From a virus (Duplodnaviria; Caudoviricetes): a DNA stretch of 64,000 nt. Every line of letters begins with the position of its first letter. Position 1 is the stretch's first letter. This document shows positions 18,121 through 27,400 of this stretch, one piece after another. The notes beneath the pieces are model-generated. The model was not told the origin of the DNA, searched no databases, and saw only the letters and a list, made by a program, of their open reading frames with translations. Location: positions 32,001 to 96,000 of IMG/VR virus record IMGVR_UViG_3300013121_000033. One strand, 5' to 3'. The translations under genes were made by a program, and so were the position numbers.

Positions 18121-18219
18121 GGGATCGGGTCCTCCGTCGTGGTCCTCGCCGCCCCCGGGGTGGGGGTTGCGACTGTTGACGTCAACCGGAGGATCGACCG
18201 CCGGTATCAGACGGTCGAC

Positions 18220-18241
18220 ATCATCGGACCTGGACGTGTCA
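18220..18241 (-). promoter_or_regulatory. Late-promoter motif TGACACGTCCA-N5-GATGAT
   Basis: Upstream of the major capsid gene. Confidence 0.65.
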
Positions 18242-18442
18242 CGACCGTGTAAACGGCGGGACCACGAGCGTGTCGCCATCGCGCACAACGTGACGCACCT
18301 GGCTTGAGTTCCGTGCGAGGAAGCGGTCCAAGTCCTCGTCGGAAGCGAACCGGCGGATGGCGCCGGTGAGGTTCATGATGCCGGGGCCGACGATGCGTTC
18401 GCTGCCGTCGCCGCGCTGACCGCCGCAGGATGCGCAGGCCAT
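18239..18442 (-). CDS. Small protein with MACASCGG N-terminus
   Basis: TGATG coupling; Cys-rich N-terminus. Confidence 0.6.
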   Translation of the reverse strand: MACASCGGQRGDGSERIVGPGIMNLTGAIRRFASDEDLDRFLARNSSQVRHVVRDGDTLVVPPFTRS

Positions 18443-18684
18443 CAGTCGGACGTCAACGTGACAGCGTCGGGGTCCTCGGGCGGCTCGGCGATCGACGCGC
18501 CGCCGCCCGGGTCCTCGTCCTCGATCTCGACAACGGGGACGTCGTTGACGCGCATCTCGGCCAGGGTCGACTCGATGCCGTCGACACGACGCTGGATCGC
18601 GTCGACACGTTCAGCGAGGTCGGCGGGCAGGTCCCCTTGCGCCTGGGCTCGTTCGACGGTGGCAGCAGCGTTCTCGACGTCCAT
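18442..18684 (-). CDS. Small acidic coiled-coil protein (scaffold-like)
   Basis: LAERVDAIQRRVDGIESTLAEM resembles the N-terminus of 34735-40113 and the protease C-terminus. Confidence 0.6.
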   Translation of the reverse strand: MDVENAAATVERAQAQGDLPADLAERVDAIQRRVDGIESTLAEMRVNDVPVVEIEDEDPGGGASIAEPPEDPDAVTLTSD

Positions 18685-18711
18685 GAGCGTCGAGGATAGA
18701 TGCCGGGAGTG

Positions 18712-19335
18712 TCAGCCCCGTGGGTTCGCTGCGATCTGCTTCGCCTGCCAGCGTGACGCTTCGTCAGCGGCGCGTTCCCACATCGGGTAGATCGGGTCGC
18801 TCTGATCCGGGCTCGGGCCGAACATCTTCGCTGCGAACGCCGACGGGGCGAGGGTCGAATCGGCGTTCGCCTGGAACGACGCGACGACCGCGGCCTGTGC
18901 GTCGGTGTCACCGTTGACGGCAGCCCCGACAACGGACTCGGTGAGCCCGGAGGGGAACACGACATCGGGGGGTGCGGTCAGCGACGCGATGACACCGACC
19001 TTGCGTTCGATCCGGTCCAGGTGCGCTTCGAGCACGTTGAGCGCCGCGGTGACTGCTTCGGTCGAGACGTACGGTTCCGGTTCGAGGTTCACGTCGACTT
19101 CGCCGTCGGCGTACACGGACGACAGGAGCTTGAACGGGACCGCTTGTGCCGGGTCCTGCGTCTCCAACCACACCTGTGTGTCGTCCTCGGGTGGGTCGGC
19201 GGAGTACGAGAGCAGCTTGCCGTCGGGGGTGACGGCTGCGACGTAGACGTCCTGAACGGCTTGAGCGTCGGCGGCTGTCGTAGCGACGTCCGTCAGGTCG
19301 TTGGGGTCCCCGGGGGCGGTGTCCTGCGGTTCCAC
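18712..19335 (-). CDS. Head-associated protein sharing its N-terminal domain with 19686-24131
   Basis: VYVAAVTPDGKLLSY...LEPEPY...VTAA; leaderless GTG after the late motif. Confidence 0.65.
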   Translation of the reverse strand: MEPQDTAPGDPNDLTDVATTAADAQAVQDVYVAAVTPDGKLLSYSADPPEDDTQVWLETQDPAQAVPFKLLSSVYADGEVDVNLEPEPYVSTEAVTAALNVLEAHLDRIERKVGVIASLTAPPDVVFPSGLTESVVGAAVNGDTDAQAAVVASFQANADSTLAPSAFAAKMFGPSPDQSDPIYPMWERAADEASRWQAKQIAANPRG

Positions 19336-19342
19336 AGCGGCA

Positions 19343-19364
19343 AGTATGTCGCGTGGGTGGGTCA
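19343..19364 (-). promoter_or_regulatory. Late-promoter motif TGACCCACCCA-N5-CATACT
   Basis: 7 nt before GTG at 19335. Confidence 0.7.
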
Positions 19365-19652
19365 GGAGGTCGCTTGGACGAGCGCTCGCCTGTCTCGGGC
19401 TTCGCGGATGCGCTTGAGGTCGTCCTCGGGGTGAGTGCCGGTCGGGTGCGTCCACGGGTTGAACCCGCCGTGGTCACCGTCACCGATCGCGAAGTACGCG
19501 GCGTTCGGGTCGACGGGCGGTTCGAATGTGGGGACGTTGACCTTGCCGGTGTCGTAGGCGTCGACCACGTCGTCCGCGGTGACGTTGCCTTGGATGTAGG
19601 CGTAGTAGAGCCGGTCCTCGCTGTTGTCGTCGTCCACGTCCACTCCCTTCAC
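19362..19652 (-). CDS. Small acidic protein downstream of the zeta-toxin-like giant protein (candidate immunity)
   Basis: Own promoter TTGACG(19684-19689)-18-TACATT(19660-19665), 7 nt before the GTG. Confidence 0.6.
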   Translation of the reverse strand: MKGVDVDDDNSEDRLYYAYIQGNVTADDVVDAYDTGKVNVPTFEPPVDPNAAYFAIGDGDHGGFNPWTHPTGTHPEDDLKRIREARDRRALVQATS

Positions 19653-19685
19653 ACCCACCAATGTAGGGATCACGTCAACAAGGCG

Positions 19686-22600
19686 TCAACCTGCGGGGGC
19701 GGCGGGACCGGCGACGGGTTCACCTGCCGGGACCACTTCCCATTCGGATGTCGTCCCGGAGAGGAACCCTGAGGGGATACCGCCACCGACGCCGATCTGA
19801 GCCCACGTCCCGTCGGGCTGCTTCACGAGGGGGACGCCGCGGCCGTCGACCCGTCGGATCGTTGTTCCTGCCTGCTCGGCGTCGAATCCGGAAGTGTCGC
19901 CGCGCTTGATCCGCTTCCGCTTCGGCGGAGTCGGCGTGGATGGCTTGTCGGACTGTGGGACTTCGGTGGTGAGCGGGCGGATGCCAGCCGGGCGGCTGCC
20001 GTCGCCTTCGACGTCGACACGCCAGTCGGCGTCGAAGGCGATGTCCTCGTCGGTGAACTCGGTGCCGGACGAATCGACCCATGTGCCGGTCGAGGTGCGG
20101 CGGAGTTGGTCGCCGACGCCGTCTGTTCGAGAGATGCGCGAGTCGGTGGGGAGCGCAGCGAGCGCGTCCGGGGTGTGCTTCGGGATCACAGTCGCGAGGC
20201 GTGCCCGGTTGTCGACCACGACTCCGTCGGTGAACAGCCCGTCGGCGAGCATCGCGTCGAAGTTGTCATCGACACTCGACGCAGCCCCGGGGAGTTGCGG
20301 TGCCGCGGTATCCCACGTTTGCGGCGGCACGAGGCGCCCACCGTCGGGGGTGGCGGCACCGCGTGCGTAGCGGTCGAGAGCGGATCGGCGTGAACCATCG
20401 AGCGTGATCCGGGCGTTGATCCCGACCCGTTCGTCGTAGCCGCGGTCGACGAGTTGTTGGACCTTCTTCTGGACGCCGCCGCGGGACACGAGGGTGCCGT
20501 CCAACGCGACGTTGTAGCCCTCGTCGATGAGCCGCTGCCACAGGGCCTTCGACAGGTACGACGACTCTTCGTGGGTGAGGCCGACCGTCTCCATCGGCTT
20601 GAGCCCTTCGACGTGCGGGTAGGCGCCGTGGTGGATCAGCGCTTCCTTCATGAGGTCGGGGTTGACGACGACGTGGGTGACACCGTCGGGGATGTCACCG
20701 GTGCCGGGCTCGAACATGACGAACCCGCGTTCGGCGGCCGGTCCACCCGGTTGCAGGGCGGTGGATTTCCCGGCGCCGGGGAGGCCCGCCATGATGACCG
20801 CACGACGTTCCTTCGGGACCTTCCCTTCGACCTGGCTGATGATGTCGTCGATGATCTGCTGGTGGAGGGCCTGGCGTTCCGGTGTCCATTCGTCGCCGTT
20901 GGGGCCGAGACGGTTCTCCAAGACGTGCGTGTCGAGCGGGCTGTCGGTGAGCGCGAGGTCGGAGAGGATCGCGGTGAGGGCCGCAGCGCGGTCGTAGGGC
21001 CGGTCGAACCCGGGGACGGACGCGACTGCTTCCTCGACCTGCGTGCGGAACCCTTGCGCCTCGGGGGTGAACCGCAACCCGACGTCGGCGTCGGGAAGGT
21101 TGACACCCTTGTCGATGGCTGCCTTGATCTTCTCGATGTCGCCGGGGTCGGCCTCGGGACCGGAGAACACTGAGGCGCCGGGGATGCCGACTTCGGCGGT
21201 GTACGCGTTCGCGAGAGCGAGGAGTTCGGTGATCGGCATGTCGATCCGTTGGATGTCCATGTCGGCTGCGCCGTCACCGTTCGCGAGGGCGTACGCAGCT
21301 TGGGCGGCCCACCGGTGGTGGCCGTCGACGACGTAGTCGTCGGACGACACGAAGATCGTGCCGCGCACAGCGTTCGGGTCGACTCCGATGTCCCGGTAGA
21401 TCGCTGCAACCTTGGCGCCGTCGAGTTCCGCTTGGGACGCCTTGAGCATCGACGGGTTGATCCGTTCGTCGGTGACCGTGACACCGGTCGAGCGGACGTA
21501 GTCGACGAACTGGTCGCCGACGTTCACCCACCCTTGGTCGTCGCGAGGGAGTGAGGCCGCCATGGTCCCGGGGAGCGGGTCCGGCGACGAGAACTGCGGC
21601 ATGTGGATGCGTTCGATCCCTTTGTTGTCCGCACAGAACAGGTTCGTGCCGGGTACGGACACGAGGCACAGGTCGTACTTGGGTGCGTCCGCTCCGGCGG
21701 CGACCGCTTCCTTCACCATCTCGTCGAGCTTGTCGACGAGAGTGGATACCTGGCGTTCGTGCGCGAGTTGGACATGCTGCTTCTGTGCGATGAGCGCGGC
21801 CGCTGTCTGGACGTCGGTGGTCTGGAACGGGTTCGCCTTGGTTCCGTCGCCAGCGGTCACCTGGTCGGCGAGGTCCGGGGTCAGATCAACCTTGGACAGG
21901 TCCGCCGTCGACCCCGAGGCTGCCGGGCTGGCGGCTTCGGGGTAGGAGACGACCTTGCCGGTGATGCCGTTGACGTTGATGGCGCTCGCTACGTTGCCGT
22001 GCTCGTCGCTGATCGTGCCGTCGTCGTTCAACGTGATCGTGTCGGCGAGGCCGTCAACCTTGAACTTCGTTCCGGCCGGGTACTTCGACGTGTCGATCTG
22101 ATGCTCGGTGTCGACCTCGGGGCGGTCCATGGCAGGAGAACTGACGGTGGGGAACCGTGACTTTGGGGGTTCACCCGCCGATGCTGCACGGTCAGCTTCG
22201 CGTTGTTGGCGGGCCGCTTCTTCCGCTGCGCGGCGGGCGGAGCGTTCTGCGCGGCGGGCGTCTCGGTCGGCAGCGACCTTCTCCCAGTCGGTGTTCCCGG
22301 TGTCCGGTTCCTGCGGCGCCCCATCGGGGAAGTACCCCCACTCCATGAGGTCATCGCCCGCGTACCGGACACTGTCGGCGGGAACCTGTTCGGACACGAC
22401 AACACCGGGGCCACCCGCGATGTTGGACGCGGCGTGCTGCTCTGCGTAGCTCCGGGAGAGCGTCACCCAATCGCCCTGGCCGAACGCCTTGCCCTGGTCG
22501 GCGACATCGGAAGGGACAGCCCGGTAGATCGTGACGGTCGCATCGGGGTTGCCGTCGACTGACCGGAGCGCGGCCATTGTCTCATCGACACCACCCGGGT

Positions 22601-24131
22601 TGGACGTGCCGTATCGCTCAGGGTGGTCCGCCCAATTGGCGGGCATCATCTCCGTGTCGTTGATGAGTTCCGCGGCGGACGGCCCGTACGTGGGGGTATG
22701 GCCGACTCCATGGCTGAACGCGTCGGGCGAGTCGGTGGAGTCGATGTTGAGGACGCTGCCGTCGGGGACCCGCCACTCGTGAGCGATCGGGTCTTTGAGG
22801 TCGACACCCATCGTTCCCGGCTTCGGTGACACCGTGACGATCCCAACGTTGTTGGGGTCGAGGTTTGCGAGGTCGTCGGCCTTCACGCCGGTGATGAACA
22901 TGTCGCGGGGACCGCCGCTGAATCCGCGTTGCATCGCGAACGTCTGGTAGAGGCCGAGCCGCTTCTGCGGATCATCGAACCGGCTGAGGTCGGAACCTTC
23001 GACAGCGACGAGGTTGTCGTAGAACGGGGCGGACCCTCCGTCGCCGGTCTTGGCGCGTTCGAACAGGTCGGCGGCGGTGATGTCTCCGCGGGCGACGGCG
23101 CGGGCTTCGAGAATCTGGTCGCGGATCAGGTCGGCGGTGGCACGGTCCGTGGTGAGACTGATCGCGTGGTCGGTGCCGCCACCGAGCCCCGACCCCGACC
23201 CGACACCGAGGTCGGCACGCGACTTGAGTGCCCCGTCGGCCTTCACCGCGGACAGGTTCGTGGTGACGTGGTACAGGGTGTCGGGGAGCGGGTCGAACCG
23301 GTCGGCCTGACCGTTCGAGATGTCATGAGCGACCGACTCCGCCTGCCACGGGGCGAGGCCGTAGTCGGACGTCAACTGCTCCTGACGGATGTCGCCCCGA
23401 GAGATCGCCTTCGCCGCTTCGACATTCCACGCCGGGGTGATGTCGGCGACACCGTCCACCTTCGGGGGAACCGGCAACGCAGCGTTGACCTGGGGGACGT
23501 CGGGGGCAACTTTGTCGGGAGTGTCGACTTCGGGGAGTTCGGGAAGGTCGTCCAACCACGACGAGAACTCGCGGTTCGCGAGGTCCCATGCGTTCTGGTC
23601 GTCACCCGGTTCCGACGGTCGTTCGCCGAGCACCTTCGCCGCCCACATGCCACGGTTCTCCCGAGAGTGGGGGCCTCGACCCCACCCGTCGGCCGCTTCC
23701 TTCAACTTCTTGTCGAACGACGCGAGGAGTTCGGTGCGGGCTGCGCCGTCCCCTTTGAGCAGCTTCCGGAGTAGGCCCTTGGACACGAACCCCTTGGGAG
23801 CGAACCTGCCGCTGTTCGGATCGTGCCAGTAGCCGAGTTCGTCGAGGCCGCCACCGATCCCGTCGCCCACCTCGTCCGCCGCCGACTTCACTTTCCGCTT
23901 CCCCGCGGCGGCGGTCACGCCCGGCTGGTACGGCTCCGGTTCGAGGTAGAGGTCAACTTTGTTGGCCCCGTAGTGGGCGATGACCTGTGCAAGTGGGACG
24001 GCTTCGCTATCCGGTTCGCCGTCCTCCCACACCATCGTGGTGTCGTCAGGGGTGCCGGATGCCCAAGATAGAAGCCTGCCGTCAGGGGTGTCGGCGACGA
24101 CGTAGACGGGCGCGGTGGCGGTGTCGGTCAC
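19686..24131 (-). CDS. Giant polyvalent protein 4: shared leader, two ADP-ribosyltransferase-like domains, ParB-like domain, zeta-toxin-like P-loop kinase
   Basis: TLYHVTT..ISLTTDR..HEWRV; VTIYRAVP..GDWVTLSRSYA..MEWGY; DDYVVDGHHRWAA; MAGLPGAGKST..NPDLMKE..HEESS..DGTL. Confidence 0.75.
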   Translation of the reverse strand: MTDTATAPVYVVADTPDGRLLSWASGTPDDTTMVWEDGEPDSEAVPLAQVIAHYGANKVDLYLEPEPYQPGVTAAAGKRKVKSAADEVGDGIGGGLDELGYWHDPNSGRFAPKGFVSKGLLRKLLKGDGAARTELLASFDKKLKEAADGWGRGPHSRENRGMWAAKVLGERPSEPGDDQNAWDLANREFSSWLDDLPELPEVDTPDKVAPDVPQVNAALPVPPKVDGVADITPAWNVEAAKAISRGDIRQEQLTSDYGLAPWQAESVAHDISNGQADRFDPLPDTLYHVTTNLSAVKADGALKSRADLGVGSGSGLGGGTDHAISLTTDRATADLIRDQILEARAVARGDITAADLFERAKTGDGGSAPFYDNLVAVEGSDLSRFDDPQKRLGLYQTFAMQRGFSGGPRDMFITGVKADDLANLDPNNVGIVTVSPKPGTMGVDLKDPIAHEWRVPDGSVLNIDSTDSPDAFSHGVGHTPTYGPSAAELINDTEMMPANWADHPERYGTSNPGGVDETMAALRSVDGNPDATVTIYRAVPSDVADQGKAFGQGDWVTLSRSYAEQHAASNIAGGPGVVVSEQVPADSVRYAGDDLMEWGYFPDGAPQEPDTGNTDWEKVAADRDARRAERSARRAAEEAARQQREADRAASAGEPPKSRFPTVSSPAMDRPEVDTEHQIDTSKYPAGTKFKVDGLADTITLNDDGTISDEHGNVASAINVNGITGKVVSYPEAASPAASGSTADLSKVDLTPDLADQVTAGDGTKANPFQTTDVQTAAALIAQKQHVQLAHERQVSTLVDKLDEMVKEAVAAGADAPKYDLCLVSVPGTNLFCADNKGIERIHMPQFSSPDPLPGTMAASLPRDDQGWVNVGDQFVDYVRSTGVTVTDERINPSMLKASQAELDGAKVAAIYRDIGVDPNAVRGTIFVSSDDYVVDGHHRWAAQAAYALANGDGAADMDIQRIDMPITELLALANAYTAEVGIPGASVFSGPEADPGDIEKIKAAIDKGVNLPDADVGLRFTPEAQGFRTQVEEAVASVPGFDRPYDRAAALTAILSDLALTDSPLDTHVLENRLGPNGDEWTPERQALHQQIIDDIISQVEGKVPKERRAVIMAGLPGAGKSTALQPGGPAAERGFVMFEPGTGDIPDGVTHVVVNPDLMKEALIHHGAYPHVEGLKPMETVGLTHEESSYLSKALWQRLIDEGYNVALDGTLVSRGGVQKKVQQLVDRGYDERVGINARITLDGSRRSALDRYARGAATPDGGRLVPPQTWDTAAPQLPGAASSVDDNFDAMLADGLFTDGVVVDNRARLATVIPKHTPDALAALPTDSRISRTDGVGDQLRRTSTGTWVDSSGTEFTDEDIAFDADWRVDVEGDGSRPAGIRPLTTEVPQSDKPSTPTPPKRKRIKRGDTSGFDAEQAGTTIRRVDGRGVPLVKQPDGTWAQIGVGGGIPSGFLSGTTSEWEVVPAGEPVAGPAAPAG

Positions 24132-24137
24132 CCGGCA

Positions 24138-24159
24138 AGTATGCGGGGTGGACTGGTCA
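24138..24159 (-). promoter_or_regulatory. Late-promoter motif TGACCAGTCCA-N5-CATACT
   Basis: 6 nt before GTG at 24131. Confidence 0.7.
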
Positions 24160-24429
24160 GCCGCGAGGTTCGGGGTCAGGAAGGTCGACGTCGGTGTCGG
24201 TCACGGTGAGGCCGACGTCACGAGCCGCGGCGGCGAACGCCGAGAACGCTGCGACGTCAGCTTCGGGAAGGTCCCAGTTGCCGGTGAGCCCGACGAACTC
24301 GTCGACCTGCAACCCGACCAGTTCCCCGGACTCCATCGCCGCCTCAACCTCGGACGCGACCACGTCGAACGGGGTGACCCCGTCGCGGGTCGCCGTGTAG
24401 GTGACCCCGTTGCTCAACGTGACCTTCAT
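24157..24429 (-). CDS. Small acidic protein (candidate immunity)
   Basis: ATGA overlap with giant gene 3; TCGACG-17-TACGGT embedded in the end of that gene. Confidence 0.6.
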   Translation of the reverse strand: MKVTLSNGVTYTATRDGVTPFDVVASEVEAAMESGELVGLQVDEFVGLTGNWDLPEADVAAFSAFAAAARDVGLTVTDTDVDLPDPEPRG

Positions 24430-27400
24430 GGCGCCACCGTACCCGCCGCGGCGCCTGCCGTCGATGCTGCCACGTCAGGAGTGGGCAGTGGGGCTACCGG
24501 GGTTGGGGTGCCGGGCAGGGGGGCGCCTTGGATGGGGGTGGTGTTGCCGTCGACACCTGCGGGGGTTGTCGGGGTGATCGTCGCCATGAGGCCCGCCGCG
24601 AAGGCTGCGAGCTTCGGGTCAGCGAGCCACGTTCGGGACTCACGATGACGGCGGTTCGACTTCGAGAACTGCTGCACCGCGGTCGTGAACACCTCGAAGT
24701 TTCCGCCGTCGCCGACGGACGGCTTGTAGAGGCGCCCCGAGTATTCGTCGGCGAACTCGTCTTTCCAGCCTTGCGGGTGGCGCCCGGACACCTGGCGGGT
24801 CCACCTGAACTTCTTGCGGTCCGGGTCGGCGGCGACACGGCGGATCAGGTGCCACGCTTCGGCGGCGGTGAGTCCTGCGAGGGTGTCCTCGAAGCTGTGA
24901 CCGAACTCGTGTGAGACGACGTCGACATACTTGGGCTGCTTCGTGACCGACGGGACGGACAGTTTGTGGGTGCGGCCCTCGTTCCAGTGGGTGCCGCCAC
25001 CGAGGCCGCGGGCGCCTTGGATCGCGAGGCGTTGCGGGACGCGACGGAAGATCGCCGACCACGACGTCGGGAAGATGCGGAGCCCTGCTTCGGCGGTGCG
25101 GCGCACGTCGTTGTTCCCGAGGCGGGCGAACGGCTTGTCCTCGGGGTACTTGCCGGAAGCGGCGAACACGGCGTGCGCGTCGACGCCCATCGGGATACCG
25201 AGCGCTTCCATCGTGTCGACCCACGCCCGGGTGATGTCGGGCACCTCGGAAGCCCCTTCGAGTTCCGCTGCGCGGCGGCGGCGGGCGATCGTCTTGAGGA
25301 TGTCGGCGCCGTTACCGTCCAGGATCACGGTTGTCGATTCGGTGCGCCGGTACACCTCACCGGTTCGTTCGCTGACCCCGGTCGTCGGATACGACCATGT
25401 CATCTTGACCTGGCCGCCCTTCGAGACGTGGATCGCTACCTTCGATGCAATCCCGCCGGTCGGGATGCGAGCACTTAGGCCATTCGGCTGCCCTGTGTCG
25501 GGGTCGAAGTACGCGTAGACCTCGTAACCGTCGTACGTTTTCCAGGTCGAGAAATCGTTGATGTCGGTGTTGCGGAGCCACCCCAGCCGTTCCGTCACGG
25601 CTGCAACGTCAGCGGGGTCTGTTTCGGGGGTTGGGTTGCCGACGCCGTTGAGGACGGTGTTGACGATCGCTGCTCGGATCGGGGTGGGGCTTTCATCGCC
25701 TTCGCCGTAGTCGGGGAACAGGGCGGTGAACCTGGCGTCCACCACAGCGGTGAGTGCCGCCCCGAATTCCTCGACCCGGTCGAGGTTCCGTACCGACGTC
25801 CGTTCATCCGGGGTGAGGTTGTCTGACTCGATGCGGTCCAACAGTTCACCGTCGCCTGGTTCCTGGCTTTCGGGTCGCGAGAACCACGACGCGTGATCGG
25901 CGGGGAGGCCGTCGAGGACTGTTTGGCGGGCGGCGGCGAGCGCCGCGACGCGTTCCTCCCACGGTCGGGTTTCGTCGAGCGCGACGGTGTAGTCGGGGTC
26001 GGGGATGACCCCGAGTTCGTCGGCGGTCGAGATGGACGTCCACAGGTCGGTTCCGCCGTCGCCGTTCGGTTCGGCGTAGACGATGTCGCGGGCGGGGAGG
26101 CTGACATCGCCGTCGGGGTCGGCGACGAAGTGGCCGCCCACCCACCGGGCGGCGACGGTGTCGTCGTTCGAGCCGCTGCGCAGATCACGGATCGTGTCCC
26201 GCGACCTGGTCATGAGCGCTTGGACAAGATTGTCCTCGCGTCCGCTGATCGTGGCGCCCCGCCCGGAACGGAGCGACAGGACAACCCGGTCGGCGTCGGC
26301 GGCTCCGGCTGCGGCGTCAGCGACCGCCAGGAGGCGTGAGACGCGGGGGTCGGTGACGGGGAGGACGATGTGGTCCTCGTCGGACACCGGGAGCGTCGAG
26401 TTCATGAACCCGTACGGGAACGGCGACCAGCCGACCGTGTGGTCGCGGACGTTGACGGACACGGTGAGCGGCTGCGCTCCGGGCGGCCAGGTTGTGACCC
26501 GCCACATGCCGGTCGGTTCCACGACGGGCTCCGAGGCCGACGACCCGTAGGCAGCCCGCCTGTGCCACACCCCGTCTAGGTCGACGACCGCTTCGTTGCC
26601 GTTGGCTGACCGGAGGGCGGTGCCTTCGGGGAGGAACTTGCGGGCCTCGGGGTCGGACGCGTCGAACATGACGGACGGCTTGCGGGTGATGGTCCGGAGG
26701 GCCGCCTTGATGCCAGAGCCGCGTTCGGCTTCGGTGACGAGGTCGAGGCCGTTTGCGATGTCGGGGATGAGGGCGTCGATGCGGGCGTCGATGTCGTCGG
26801 GCAACGGGACCCGAGCGGTCGTGTCGGCGTCGAGTGGAGGGTTGGCCCACAGGAACGTGGGGACGCCGTCGGTGTCGTTGAGGGTGCCGTGCACGTTGCC
26901 CCAATTGAGCGTGACGGGCTTGACTCCGTTGATCGGGGTGGTCGTGTAGATGGCGCGGCCGCCGACGGAACCGATCTCGTAGGCAGGCCACTGCACGTCA
27001 ACGTTGCCGACCGTGACACCGCCGCCTTGGGTGGCGTTCGCCGTCGTCGCGTTCGACCGGAGGAACGCAGCGACCGCTCGCTGCGGGTCGTCCGGCTGCG
27101 TGATGTCAGCCATCGCGTAACTCGTCGGACCGTCGAGGCGGCGCTTCACCGCCGCTGCGTCGACATCACGCCAGTAGCGAGCGACATCTGCCGGGTCGAG
27201 ATCACCGACCGCCGAGAACAACGCCTGCCGTGCGGCAGAAACATCTGTGAACGACGCCGCCGCAGACGGGGTCGGACCCTGCGGTTCCGGGTCTGGGGCT
27301 GCGCCGTCGGGTGCGGTGTCTGCGAACCGGGACCACTTCACCTTGAGCGCGGGTTGGTCGTCGCGGGGGATGCGCGCGTACGTGTCGTCCACGTACTCGA

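Noticed and set aside
16024-18252. 742-aa + strand ORF and many similar long overlapping ORFs (e.g. 2589-3761, 5578-7149, 9472-10632, 35524-36849)
   Set aside because: Antisense or off-frame shadows expected at about 70% GC; no motifs, and the opposite frame has recognisable proteins
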